Shown: piece by piece, positions 50,916 to 64,000 of the stretch | Position numbering within the stretch: the first letter of the stretch is position 1 | How the letters are laid out: each line of letters starts with the position of its first letter | DNA from: Phoronis australis | Lineage: Eukaryota; Animalia; Phoronida | Reading direction: 5' to 3' | DNA: 64,000 nucleotides | Assembly: GCA_002633005.1 (NCBI GenBank) | Contig: NMRA01000134.1 | Span: forward strand, 377,467 to 441,466 | Notes under the pieces: model-generated | Database searches by the model: none | What the model was told of the DNA's origin: nothing | Seen by the model: only the letters and a program-made list of their open reading frames with translations | Made by a program: the position numbers and the translations under genes

Positions 50916-53900
50916 TCTTGCACAGGAATGTCTGCTGGTCATTGTTGGACTGCTGACTGCTTGTTCTCATAACAGTAGAATGGCATGACCTATTATGTAA
51001 CCATCAAGTTTATGGGAGGTCAATGGGGATGTCTGGTTGGTGCACTTGTCCATGTGTGGCCTTTGTGCACCCACAAGAAAGAACCTTCAGGGCCAAGAGA
51101 GTCTTTGTGTTGGTTACAAAAGGTAGCTGGTGATTGCCTTGGCTCATTAAAAGTGCATTTGGACAACTATGCTTAAGTTCTTACATAAGTCCAGTCCACA
51201 CACAGCCTACAGAATATCTTGCACTTGAAATGGACCCCCCCCCACACACACACAAACATGTTCCATAATTATAATAAGGCGGAAGTTGTCGCTCTGTGCG
51301 AGTACAGCGTGCCAAAGAAAGCTCATCTGTATGTAGTCGTAGCTGGTAATTACTTCTGCCCTACCCAACTTTAGCAGCTTTGCAAGTGGCACATGTTATC
51401 CTAAAACAAATTACTGCAGAAGTAAGTTGTTGTAGGGTAAGTCTGTGTGGATGGCACTTAACTTTTGACTGGTAGTGTACTACCTGCAGTGAAGTTTCAC
51501 TGCAGTACAGTTCTACAAGTTGGGCTTTTTAAACTTACACTTGATGTTGCATAACACAACATCATACTTCCTGTGAACAGTCCACTGGTCAAGTACTGTC
51601 TACACAATAGTGCCCTTCCCACATGCAGACATTTTTGCATTAGTGGTTCTGAGTTCAGTCAAACTGTGTGGAGGTATTCATGACCTTGGATAGGCGTTGA
51701 TGCTGTACTGCGCTGACTATAGAGTCGGTGTCTGCCAATAGGGGCTACATAACTTTAGGTACTCATGAATCTTTTGGGGACATCACTGTTGGTGGAATTT
51801 AGCCCCTTGATTTTTTCTGAAATATTTCTGGGATTTCAAAATATATGGGAATAGCATTAATGTTATTGTCCCAATATCTTGATAAGAACATTTATCATTT
51901 TATTCTTATTTTCTACTGAATTGTAGGTGGTGCATTTTCAGTTGCTGACTGATTTCAGTGTTCTTGACCTTTTTTCGGAGTCATACCTAGAAATTTCAGA
52001 GTGTGATGTGGAAAATATTTGAAGGAAGCATTACATTTTGTTTTTACCTTGAACCAAGGTGTGGGTTGAACATTTCCGGTCACCATTCGAATGTGGTGAC
52101 CTCAAAATATTTTTCAGGGTGACTGCTAGAAAATCAAGTTTTTACTTATGAAATGTTGTTGGCGCAATATCTCAAGAAGGAAGCTTTACATTTTGTTCAA
52201 AATCAAGAAAAAATACGCCAAGGTGTGTATAGAGCATATCCAGGTGCCAGTAAGTTTTGGTGGCCGCCACTCTCCAGTACACCGAAATGTTGATATTAGT
52301 GAGAAAGATCTTAAGGTGGTCATTTTCAGATATGTTTTATTGTTGCAAAGATATTCTGCCTTTACTCATTCATTCCTGTGTAAAATTAAAGTCTTATTAA
52401 AAATTAGTATAATTATTCAGAACTGCCTACACAATTTGGTTACCCTGTGATAAATGATAGTTATCGTCTGCTTATGGTAGTCTCCCACCTTCCCACACAC
52501 CCAGGGTTGACATTTTATTTGTGGAATTAGCTGGATATAACTTTGAGAACAGCTGTGTACATCCTGCTGAAATTGCGTTCATGACGTCTGCGGGAGCTCA
52601 AACGGAACACAAGTACAATCGATATAAAACTGTGAACTTCAATTTTCTCTCGTAACGTCTGGTACAAAGAGTTTGAAAATAAATGGCTTTATGCGATGGT
52701 ATGGCAATGTATTTTTTAATTAAATACATATTTGTCCTTCACTTTTTCAGAGGTATAGTTGTTGTTTTGCAATAAATGAGTGTTTTTGAAGAGCAAAGAG
52801 GTTTTAAACTTTGAACATTGTGCTGTTTACCTTCAGTGTGGCATCTCAGTATCGCTTTTTCTTGCATGGACAATGTTTTCCTTTATCACGATACTGGTGT
52901 ATTTCCAGGCTTAAAGTACAAATCGTGGGTCAATGTTAATAAAATTAGCATTGCATTGTCTGTCATGTATTCCTAACCCCGATTAAGTCTGTAAGTCCTA
53001 CCATTTAACCTGTGTTTGTGATTCGCTCTCTGTAAGCTGTTGTGCCTTTTGACATCATCAGCAGTGTGCCAGTGAGTGATTGGAGAATCCTCCATAGTTT
53101 ACATTGCTTTATCATCGGTATTAGTGGCCAGTAATTATTTCATATCTCTCAAAATGTTTTTTCTAGCACACTGAAACTAGAAAGTTTGATTGTAAACAAA
53201 TGAAAGCCCACCATTTTTTACCTGGTGAAATGAAATTTCTTTTGTCTCAGTACAGAATACAATTCTTATCGGATCAATGTAAAATTCACATACAACTTGT
53301 GTTTCATGAAGGGCTCGAAGTCTATTGTTTTTGGTTGAAAGATGTTGCTGTGGTGGCCTTGCTTGTTTGCAGAACTGTAGCTCTGCTGTTTCTGGTTGGA
53401 TTTTTCTGTTTTCTTTCAGTGAATAGATCATTCCAAGGGCTATCACAGATGTCTCGTTTGTTTTTTCTCTGGCTCTAACCTTTCTCGAATTATTCAAGAT
53501 TTTTCGAGGACTTCTCTCCAAATTACTGAACTTTTATGCCGTGTCTTCGGCTTCCCTTGATCGATCTATCAGAAATTTGGTATGTGGATGGATCTTTTCA
53601 AGCCCTATCAGCATTGTGAAATCTGTTTCTTGCTTCGACTTAACATTCTCGCGATATTCAAGATTTACTGCTCAGATGACTGCTCTTTTGTTGACCAATT
53701 AATTATAGCTCTACTTTGTTAGGCTATCATATTTGTACTGGGGATCGCAGTTTTCATCTGATCGGCTTGAAATTTACGTGCAGTGTTTGCCTTGTCAGTA
53801 GCCCAAAGACTGTTGTTCTTGGGCAAAATCGGACGCAAGATGGCACTAGTGACTGCCATTTAATGTTTATGCTCTGCATTCCTTTGACTGAAACTTTTCA

Positions 53901-54226
53901 AATTTTGTATGTAACCCCTTGGGCTATCTAATGAGGTCGTGATTGTTTATGTTCTTTGTTTCGTGGTCCATCTCAGCTTTACATTTTTAATTTTTTTCAC
54001 CAAGTGTTGATCTTCAGAGCGCTATCATTTAGGGTTTTGTTTATTGACGGCAGACTGGGGTTACTGAAACGTGATTGTGGAGATGGTGCTGCAACTGGAT
54101 CAAATGGAGCTGCAACTGGATCAAATGGAGCTGCTTAGCGCATAACCAGCGCTTGTGCTTGTTACTTAATCACTTTCATATTGAAAGCGCTTAAATCTTG
54201 TAAAATCAGAACATACCCCTGGTTAA

Positions 54227-55629
54227 GGATATTTCCAACCTTATTCACAAAAATTGGCCATTTTTACAATATTTCACTTGTGTCTAGCAAAATACCTTAT
54301 CTTCATTCTCGGGAACTTCAAATACGAAATGTATAATGCGTAGCGAGAAAAAAACCAGATTTAGCAAAACCACCTTGGAACCGCACAACCGCGTGGATAT
54401 TTGTTTAGCACTTATCCAAGGTCAAAGGTTAAAGGGCTTTCAAGTAAATCGAGTCTCCCGCCAGGTACAGAACAGCTTCGGTATACTCTCAGTCCTTTCA
54501 TTCACAAATTCGCCATAACATTTAACCAACGAGGTGTGGTTATAATAGAATGGTCCCGGGGAAAACGAATACAAAACGTAGTTTTTATCCTAAGGGAGTT
54601 GTGCGTCTACATGCATGCGACCGTTGACGTTGAAAACAAATGCTACGAGTTGCCTCAGGCTTCAGTCTGGTCATGAACACAGAAAGTTGTGAAAAGAGAT
54701 AAATCCTCCCCCTTATTCCTTAATTCAATTATGGTAAGTTAACATTTCGATGTTTCGATTTCATGTTAACGACTTACTTTAACCACCAATTCAATTTTTG
54801 TTATCCATTTCTTACTTGGTTTGGTATCAGTCTCCCAGCACGTGACGTGTACAGGCTATGAACTGTGACCTACTTTTCTAAGTAGGTCGTACAAAACGGC
54901 AAAAGTTGGCTGCGAAAGATAGGTCTATTTGAGGTTTTAATGATATTTAAGTTAGTTACGCACTGCAAAATTAGTTGACATTTTAAGAAAACATTGAAAT
55001 AGGTAACATAGTTAAGGATTCTATAGGTTATGTATACCGAAAACAAGTTTTCACAGAATAATTAACCAATGACTTAGAGATTTTCACGTGTCCCAGTTTA
55101 ATCGGCTTTTTCTCGACTTCGGCAAATTGACTTTATTTGAACTTAGGAACACGAGTCCTCGAAAATGGCTTGTTGGATTTCGCTAAAACTTTCCAAACTT
55201 AATATTTAGTCACTAATCTCAAAAACGCTGTTAGGATTTTTGATATAAAAGCTTAGTTTTTGTGTAATGTGACAAAGACGAATACGACTTCAATTTTTTA
55301 CAAAAATACCTTACGTTTTGCGAGTTGAACTAATCAAAAATTCCTAACAGCTTTTTTGAGGTAATTGATGAAGTTTTCATTTAAAAAAGGTTTCGTTAAA
55401 ATCGACCGAGTGGTTATTTTGCTATGAATGTACCTTTCTTAAAAATGAAATTTTTTTCTTAAAAAAGCTTTTTACGTAAAAATAATAATGACAAATAAAT
55501 ACAAAAAGTATATTTATATTTCCTGGTCTTTGTTCTTTCAGAAAATATTTACTTTTACTAGTTGACAAAGCTTAGTCTTTTTGATATAAGTGTTAGAATG
55601 GAGGCCACTAAATAAGGTTGGACATAACC
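54227..55629. mobile_element. Non-autonomous TIR element (PIF/Harbinger- or Kolobok-like)
   Basis: ggatatttccaaccttatt / aataaggttggacataacc inverted termini (17 of 19 match), TAA on both flanks. Confidence 0.6.
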
Positions 55630-56699
55630 TAAGTTATCCATTGTTGGCTGATGTAAACACATCACATGCTAGAGTGGGAGAATTGAGAGTGGTTGTGAGA
55701 AAGGTGATTCAGTCATTACACGTTTGGTGTGGCAACTGATGAATAACAATAATATATCCCAATTTAGTCTGAGAAAAATGCTTGCTTCTCAAAACGTCTT
55801 GAACTTTGAGATTCCTTCTTTAAACCAAACAGTGTAGCCGTACTGCATGGTCATTCAAGCTTCCACACCTCTGTTTGATCAAGGCATAGTTTAAATAACT
55901 GCAGCCATGTTCAATCATGTTATGCTGTACATCCCAAATGACGTCTTTTGTCAAGTGCTTGGAGATCATTGTTTGAACACTTCAAAAAGCAAGTGCCCTT
56001 ACAATAATTGGCAATATAGGGAGAGGTAAATGTGTAGAAGGTACTCTCCCTTTTAGTGGTTTTGAACAAGTTTAGTAAGTATGTTGTATCAACTTAATGA
56101 CAAAGGATATCAAAAAGAGGCAATGTTTCATTTTTTAAGTATAGTTCGAATTTGGTCGTAGATGTTCAAATTATCAGTTCGTATTGTCAATCCAAGCTGT
56201 CATCTACAAACAGAAACAATGGATTTCTTGATTTTTAGTGACCCGCTTTCATTTAGGGTATCATGTTAATTAAATATTATTGACATTTGGCAAATATATA
56301 ATGAAACTGACACTTTATAAATTTATTCATTTTCGGTGTTATGAAATAAAAGTTTCATAGATTATGTGTGTACTAATAGCGTTTACCCTTGATTGACCTT
56401 GTGTGATGTTTCAAGTGCAGACTGATATAAGGTGTGATTGGTGACCTTGTCATGCGAGTGTCACGTGCATCTTAGATCATGAGGTGAGGGTCGCGTGAGG
56501 ACTGGGCGAAGGCAGACAACACTTAGTTTCCAGCTAAACAAAGCATATCTTTTAGCCTGTTCCAAACTAGTAAAATTGTCATGAATGTGAACATTTATTA
56601 GGGTCCCTGGTGCTTTTATTTACCCCTAAACTACTGGTGATTTGGCTAGCACTTAGTAGACAGAATGCTTACTTCAAAGAACACCCATAAGAGGCATTT

Positions 56700-57096
56700 G
56701 TTTATCACAGCATTAATCAATTTCTAACAGACAGAGTGTCCTCCACACACAGACTTACCCTGGAACAAGTTATTCCTGGAATCTTGTTCTGTGTGTAGCA
56801 GCATGTGCCTCTTTTAATTCCTGTGTGACTGCAAACCTTGGGCAATGCCGGAAGTAATCATCAGGTGCGGTTACAAACAGACAGATTTTCTCTTGTGTGC
56901 GTTATTCGCATTAGGTGTTCATTGTCCCGCACAGAACCTTATCCTAGTTATCGTGTGTGTGTGGGGGGGGGGGGTGTGGGTGTGTACGCTCCACTTAAAA
57001 ATGGGATAAGTTGCTCTAGTACAAGTTGTTCCAGGATAGGTCTGTGTGTGGCCGTGACTCTACTGTCTGTCATAAGTTGATTAATACTGTGATAAA
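56700..57096. repeat. Old MITE-like inverted repeat
   Basis: 56700-56770 (ttatcacagcattaatcaa...cctggaacaa) is the imperfect reverse complement of 57022-57096. Confidence 0.65.
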
Positions 57097-57802
57097 TTTC
57101 TAATAAAAGCTATTTGGGTGGTGAGGAAACAAACTTTCTGTTGTTGATCATTAGCAGGCATCTCATTTGCCTGTTGTGGGGTTTCCAAACAAAGTCACCT
57201 AGTGTGGAAGTAAGGCTAACCAGAGAATCTGTCTTCCAGAAGTCCTCTGGTTCACTCTAGATTAGCCTGGTGTGAAGCAGTGCATATTGCAGTCTTAGAT
57301 TGTGTAATGCCTTTCAGATCCATGTGCTGGCTGCCTTCTCTGTTTGCTTTGTATTGATAGAGGCCAATCAAAATAGCAGCTTGCAGACACACCTCTAGGC
57401 ACAGTTGAAACTGTGCCAGTCAGGCTGGTATTGTTTGTCAACAACAAGTAATCAAAAGTAGCTGAACAACAGTTTGAATGGGTGGCCGTTAAAGCCTATG
57501 TATATGTGCATTTCAAATATAGACTGTAGTCTTGTTTTTTTTTAGCCAAACTGCCTACAATGTGCGTCAATGGCTAAGTTTGGTATTTGTAAAGATAGTG
57601 CTGAGTGGGTTGGAGGTGCATCAAGTCGATAATGTCTGTGAAACAGAAGATTCCCGGTGATTAGTCGTTGAACTCTTGCCAATCTGGCAAAGTGCCAAGT
57701 TTTGCTGGGTCTAATTAAAACAGTAAAGCTCTGTGTGCCACAACATTTCATCACTCCTGGGTATTCAAATACTAAAACATAGGAGTTGCAAAGACAAAGC
57801 AG

Positions 57803-57892
57803 ATGGAAACCCTGGGGGAAATTTCAGTTGCTGTCATTGACATCAATGGCAGAGTGAGTACTGACTCAAAGAGGACATGCTCAACAAATCAT
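57803..57892 (+). CDS. Possible alternative first exon (METLGEISVAVIDINGRVSTDSKRTCSTNH)
   Basis: ATG, 30 open codons, phase-0 donor gtaagt, CCAAT box upstream near 57364. Unverified. Confidence 0.25.
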
Positions 57893-58939
57893 GTAAGTTT
57901 GTGAGTGACCCTCGTGGCAGCTATTATTAGCCAGTCAATCCACAGTGTTGGGTCAAGGTGATTGTCTGTAAACAGTTTCACCTCATGGTTGTGTCTCGAT
58001 GTGTTTACTTTCGATGTTTCGATGAAATTCACGTCAATTGGTATACTATTAGAAGCTACTGTTGGGTGACTCTTCAGTTTCTCGTGAGATTGATCATCAG
58101 GTTCTACTCTTTATTGTACATCAACAGTGGGAAAAGCCACATTTTCTCTAATTGAACTGCTATCATCTGTGCTCAGCTGCTGTTCAAGTGTGGTAACATA
58201 TGGCCAGACAATTTGAGGAGCTGGTAAGCCTCTTAACAGTTTGCTGGTAGAAGTTGCCCTCATGAGTAGGGCTTTGCCATTGAATGGTGGAGCTTTCTCG
58301 ACAGAAACTTGAACTTTTACTTAATAGCTTTTAATTCTAATTTTTCCGTGATACGCTGTACTATATTGTAAATTGATATTTGCCCCAATAAATTCAGCAG
58401 CTCGCTATCTCTGGTTTATCAACTCAATGAAAAGTTTGGAATAGACAAAATTTGTCTTTTTCAGTTATCTATCATTTGATTATGGTTATAAGTTCATGAA
58501 TTATTTTGATATCGAACCAAAGGACAAAGTAATTAGTTGTACAGCAGTTAGATTGGGCTCAAAAATATTCGTCAAAATAACACATTTCCAAGTTTTCAAA
58601 ATTTGATTATGTTTGTTAAAATGCGCAAAATTTTACCTGAGTTTTATTTTGTGATAAAGTTGTGTTTGCAATACAAAGCATGTCTGACATCAAAATTGTT
58701 ATAAACAGCCGTTTCCATATGCTGGTTAGTTTACCTTCGTCAGTAATATGACTTAGGAACCCCTGTTGGTTTCGAAGTTTGATTAGTTGTTCAGTATGCG
58801 TGCACCCCCTGATGTGGGAACACCTGCGGTCATGTTGACGTAGGGTTCATGTGGGCGTTCCTGCATTGTTGTGAAGGATATGTGGAGTTGTGCCAGTTGG
58901 AACTCGAGGAATGTCTACTGAACAGGTAAAGGTGTTCTA

Positions 58940-58986
58940 TGGTGGTGGTGGTGGTGGTGGTGGTGGTGGTGGTGGTGGTGGTGGTG
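58940..58986. repeat. (GGT)n microsatellite
   Basis: Direct reading. Confidence 0.97.
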
Positions 58987-59689
58987 ATTTTTAACACCAG
59001 TAAATGAATAAGTCCCTGTTCTGTAATCACTTGTTTTCAAATTCTCTCTACTGTGTCAAGACAACAAATGATTTATGTTTGCTGTTGACATTCATGACTA
59101 ATGTACTACAGCCACAAAATAATCCCATTCACAACTTTCATTACCTGTTTTACAACCATGAAATTGTCCTAGGTGTGGATAGTACTATGACTGAGTACCA
59201 CTATCAGCAATATATAACATTGGTAATGGTTCAATTAACATAACTCAGCATTCGTTTTGATTTACTGTTTACATGGACAATTTGTAATGTTGAATAAGGA
59301 GGAAAGAGCTTGTAGGTATGGACTGACATTCGGTGCCTTCGCGACGATATATGCCTGGTTTAAATTGGAATTGTTGGCTTGTAAAACCTTCTGTGTGCCC
59401 AAAACATTGGAGATGCTCAATATCAGAACGGAATGACTTCTGATGTCAGAGTTGGTTACAGTTTTTTCTGGAATTTCGCTTCTTAAATGTTGACTTTGTA
59501 TATTACCGTCTCTCATTGTACTTCCTATGATAACGTTCGTGCCTCCATGACAAATCAACCTGAAATCAAAATGATGCTGTTAAACTGTGGTTGGTGGTTG
59601 TGTCTAACCGAGACTGCAATGTACTTTTGGATCAGTGCCAACACAGATTATTGATTTAGTTTAACCCAGATGTGTGAGTTTGTGTCTGG

Positions 59690-59940
59690 TTGAGATGCAT
59701 CATCCCTGTCTTGTCTTAACACCAGATGGCGCATCAGTATGTCTGGCACAGAGGTGTGTCATCCCTGTGTAGTCTCAACATGAGATTTTGCATCTATGTC
59801 TGGTGTAGAAGTGTATCATCCCTGTGTACACTCAACATGAAGTGGCACACCAGTATGCCTGGTGTAGAGCTGTGTCATCCCTGTGTAGTCTCAACATGAG
59901 GTGGCACACCAGTATGCCTGGTGCAAAAGTGTATAATCCC
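59690..59940. repeat. ~58-bp tandem repeat, about 4 copies
   Basis: Recurring catccctgtgtagtctcaacatgag...cagtatg.ctggtgtaga. Confidence 0.85.
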
Positions 59941-62900
59941 TATAATGTTTCTCTGATTGCGGCTAGTTAAGAGGTCTGTCTGCATGCGTCTGCGGGACGG
60001 ATGGGGTTTACAACTCTATCACATGTCGCATTAGGGATATTGTGAACGCAATGACGCATTTTTCTGAAGTAATCCTGTATCCCGCATTGTATGGGGCCAC
60101 ATGATTGTATCGCTGTGCCTGATGTGGTGTACCCTGGGGCTATGTCTGGGTAATCCCTGTATGTTTTAAGGTCAGGGAGTACGTCATATAATCTGATACC
60201 AGATCTCGGCTCCTAACTGACGTCAGAACAAGCAACAGATGGGAATTATCGATCACAACAACAGATTTTGAAGGCTTTTTGTCGTAGATAACCTTGCGGA
60301 GACAAAATAGTGATAGGATTAAAAACTGTGTGGCATTAAACACTTGTTTAAGACTGTACCTACGTCAAATGGCATAATGGTCTTAGGCCTATCTGAAATG
60401 TTATCACCTGCATTAATTTATTTTTGTTTTGTTTGAAATTTTTTTCTTTGTGAGCTGCACTGAATTAAGTTTTATCAAATTCATTTCCCACAACCCATTA
60501 AATTCCCACTCCGGAGGCAATGGCATATTTTGCCTCAGGATAACTAGGGTCTTGAGAATATTTCCGACATTTTGATGGGTGATTTTGTTTGACGTATGTT
60601 CAAGTTGGTACCTATCACTTGTTAAGTAAGTCTGATGAAATACCTGATTATCGTGTTTTAGGCATTTTGCCAAGTACGTTAAATTTAGGTCAGTAAACTC
60701 ATTTGTCAATTACATTATTACACGGAGACACATTTGTCATCCTAGAGATGGTCGGCCATGGTTGTTATTCAGCAACCACTATATTATCGTCATGAGAGAC
60801 ATTGTTGGGAGTGCTGGCAATAGATCCATGGTACATTGCTGTTACCTGTCTGGACACATCTTTGGTGGTAAAGGAGGTGCAATTGAGCATTTTTGCCAAG
60901 TTCCTGTCAAGTTACCTTCTGGTGATGTCTCACAAATACCGAAGTTGGAAGAATTCACAACAAATGTCTAAATTTATCTAGCTGTATTCAAACAAATTAC
61001 GGGTATTTTGTCTGACTTTCTTTCAAAACAAACTTGATACTGGCTCCACCAAAGTTCCTGACTTCCATCTGGATTTCTGAATCTTCTGGGAAACTCAAGC
61101 TATCTCAAAAGCCCACTGCAATATTTGGTGTGGTCATGTAGACACAGCGTTTTTTACTGTCTATTTATAGTCAGACAACTGTGCCAGACTTGGGGTTCAT
61201 TGACTGCATACCAGCCATTCATGATATCATGTTTACCCTGCAAGTCGCCCTGGCTGGCTCAATGTTGTTCAGGCACTTGATCTTCCGGGGGTCTTCAAGT
61301 TTTTGATTGTTGTGACAAGATTTCGCTGTTTTAAAGGCCAATCAGAAATAAGATAAGATGTTAACTGCTAAAAAAATTGTGTCAAAATCATTGGCCACGG
61401 AAATAGACTCCTATCGATGTTGTGAATATTATGAAACTGAAATTCAACTTAGTTATCAATCTGCATGGAATTTTTTTATAATAGTCACTCTTCACAAAAT
61501 TTTTATCTAAGTTATTTTTCATTGCTACTCGTAACATTCTTCAAAACTCATTATTTCTGTGCCTAACAGTTGTTTGAGACAACTTCAGTATGTACATCCA
61601 ACGACAGCGCCTTCTATGATCGTGCAGTACTTACACTCAGGAGGACACATGTATTGGACGCTTGTCCCCACAGTTGTACACTATTGCCTTAGTTACTCTA
61701 TGTTGTCTCAAGATTGGTTTGCTATCCCCTTTTAAGTGCGTGGATAGATTTGCACGCTTGTTATGTAATCTATGGCCAAGGGAAGTGAGTCGATTTTTTT
61801 TACTTTTCTTGGAACACCAGAAACGTCGGACATCAAAAAGTGAAGATGCGATGATGTTGGTTATTTGAAGTAATGTTACCCTTGGTAACAAAGGTAGTCA
61901 GTTACCTTCAACTCGTTAGTGTTCCTTGTCTTTGTGAAGGTTCTTTTGATAGCAGACATATTAGCACTAGTAAATGCTCAAGTAGTGCAGTACCCATCAT
62001 CCTACACCCACTTATGTCAGAGCATAATGAATATGCCTCATGTGGCCCTCCCTGTCTTACATATCTCTTTCAGATTGGTGCCGGGGTGTGCCTGCGCTTT
62101 GGAGCTAAGTCCAATGAATAATAGCATTCTTTACAGTGCTACTGCAAAAGTAGAAAAGATGCTCTTCAATGGTGACCTGTTGTTGCTGTATAGAGGGATA
62201 GTGACTTCGTCAGTAATTTCTTTTGAAAAACATAATATCATGATTGACAAAAAGCATTCATATCTAGTGTGTGCAGACATTTTATGAATGAATGGATGAA
62301 TGGATTTGTTCTTTATTATTTTGTGAGCTTACACTATATACATCCGGATCACAAATAAAATGCTGTTTATATTGGGGGGGCATTTCAAACCTAATAGAAC
62401 TGAATAGCCATTAAAAAATTAATCTGTCAAAAAATTTTGTGGACTTGACAAAGATGTGGATGTTAGCTCGGGTTAATTCAAAGTTTTGTCTTATGTAGAA
62501 TCACAAAAAAACGATAGCAGATAAATTCTTTGTAGTTTGAAAATGTTTGACCTTAATGTGAATGTGTGTTCCATTGGGGACAATTGATTGTGAGTAGACA
62601 AAATAAAGCAAAGACATGACCTTTGGCAGATAAATTGAGGTGAACAGAACATCAAATGCTTTTATGCCATCATCAACTTTGTTGCCATCTGACTGAGCAG
62701 GCCACATAAAATACAACAAAGTACTCAAGGGATGCAAATGGGTAATAGTGATGTAAAATGGCTGTAGTGTCTGCTGACCTTGGACAGGATACAGTGAGTT
62801 GTTGACCTTTTAAACAGGTTTTATTCAGTTAGAATATCATGACTGGAATTCTTTTGTGTTAATTGAATAGGGTTTCATGTGTGGTGCAAGACTTGAGTGC

Positions 62901-63586
62901 ACTCTCTGTTGAAGAGTAATTTTGTAGTACATTTGCCTTCATATTTTTGGTAAAGTCACTGTTGTTAATAAAATGTACAAATGCTGGCAATAAATAAGAT
63001 GGTTCCATGACTTCAGGTTTCATTTGATCTAATGGTGATTGCCTATCTTGCGAATTTTCTGCTCATAAACAAACTCATAGCCAACTCAAAAGTTCAACAC
63101 TTTTAATTTATTGTTGATTTTTTATGATTTTGGTCGTTACGTGCTATAAACTTGCTAAAATGTGTCAATCACTGAATTAGGTTTTTCAATACATCGGCAC
63201 ATATGGTTCAGCTTTTGATTGTATTTCAGTTTACAAAAACCTGGGTAGAGTTCAGTAATGCTGGGACATAGGCTAGCTCATTACTAAAATCGAGCCAAAT
63301 GGAATGTTCTCATTTAAAATACATGTCAACATCTCGTGTAATCATGCTACAATCACATGTTCTCATTCAAAATACTCGGGTAATATCTCGCGTAGTCTGC
63401 AAAGTCTTGCTTTTTAGTGAAGTCTTAGCGTTACTGAACTCTACCCAGACTTCATGCTGGGTAATTGAAGGAAGGCTTCACATGCCTTCCCTGTGTTATA
63501 CTGGGAGTTGTAAACAAGTTTTATGACCTAACAACTGTTGCATAACAGTTGTGTACTATGTTGCACTCTGTGTACTGTCAATATCA

Positions 63587-63795
63587 AGGTACCTAAACTA
63601 CACGGTCAACGGACTCAAAAACACGGGAACGGACGCATGAACACGACTCACGGACCGGCAAACACCGTCCACTGACTCACAAACACGGGAACGAACTCAC
63701 AAAACACGATCCACGCACCCAAATACACGGGACACGGACTCATATTCACGAGGAAACACGGTTAACGGACCGCCAAACACGGTCAACGGACAAAA
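63587..63795. repeat. Array of short cacgg...acggac motifs, probably a transposon subterminal region
   Basis: Starts aggtacctaaactacacggtcaacggac and repeats aacacgg..acggactca variants; no matching second end seen. Confidence 0.5.
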
Positions 63796-64000
63796 TGTCA
63801 ACTTCAGCGTTGACAGCTGTGTAATGGGTGCGAGATTAAATATATTTTTGATGTTATTTTTGTCTGTACTGTGATGTAATTGTTGTGATTTAGAAACAAT
63901 AAATATTATTGAAGCTAATTATTCGTTCTGCAATTTATTGACTTTCCAAACCTGTTTGTAACATCAAATCTTAATTTTGACAGTGAGACTAGCGACTTGG

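Noticed and set aside
44000-64000. Many 60-120 aa ORFs in the ORF track
   Set aside because: No recognisable domains; most start at non-ATG codons or overlap repeats, as expected for intronic or intergenic DNA.

Overview
Eukaryotic (metazoan, most likely invertebrate) genomic DNA, AT-rich, intron- and repeat-rich, with one N gap and four single-n contig joins. Two spliced genes can be rebuilt exon by exon from GT-AG sites and protein similarity: ERGIC2 on + (2904-13587, 419 aa) and RUVBL2/Reptin on - (16193-43136, 14 coding exons, 463 aa), arranged tail to tail. A probable third gene starts on + at 43488, head to head with RUVBL2. RUVBL2 intron 1 (about 16 kb) holds a full-length BEL/Pao LTR retrotransposon (LTRs, 5-bp TSD, tRNA-Phe PBS), itself interrupted by a TIR DNA transposon, plus several MITEs. 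Most notable: (1) a tandem-duplicated, apparently mutually exclusive exon pair in ERGIC2; (2) an inverted Penelope-like element in a RUVBL2 intron carrying two hammerhead-ribozyme-like motifs with a variant core; (3) a hAT-like element with a 5-bp TSD whose empty site is also assembled nearby; (4) a TA-flanked TIR element carrying a HIRAN-like gene remnant; (5) a same-strand cluster of CTCF-like motifs around the alternative exons. No database search was run, so all family assignments come from motif recognition.
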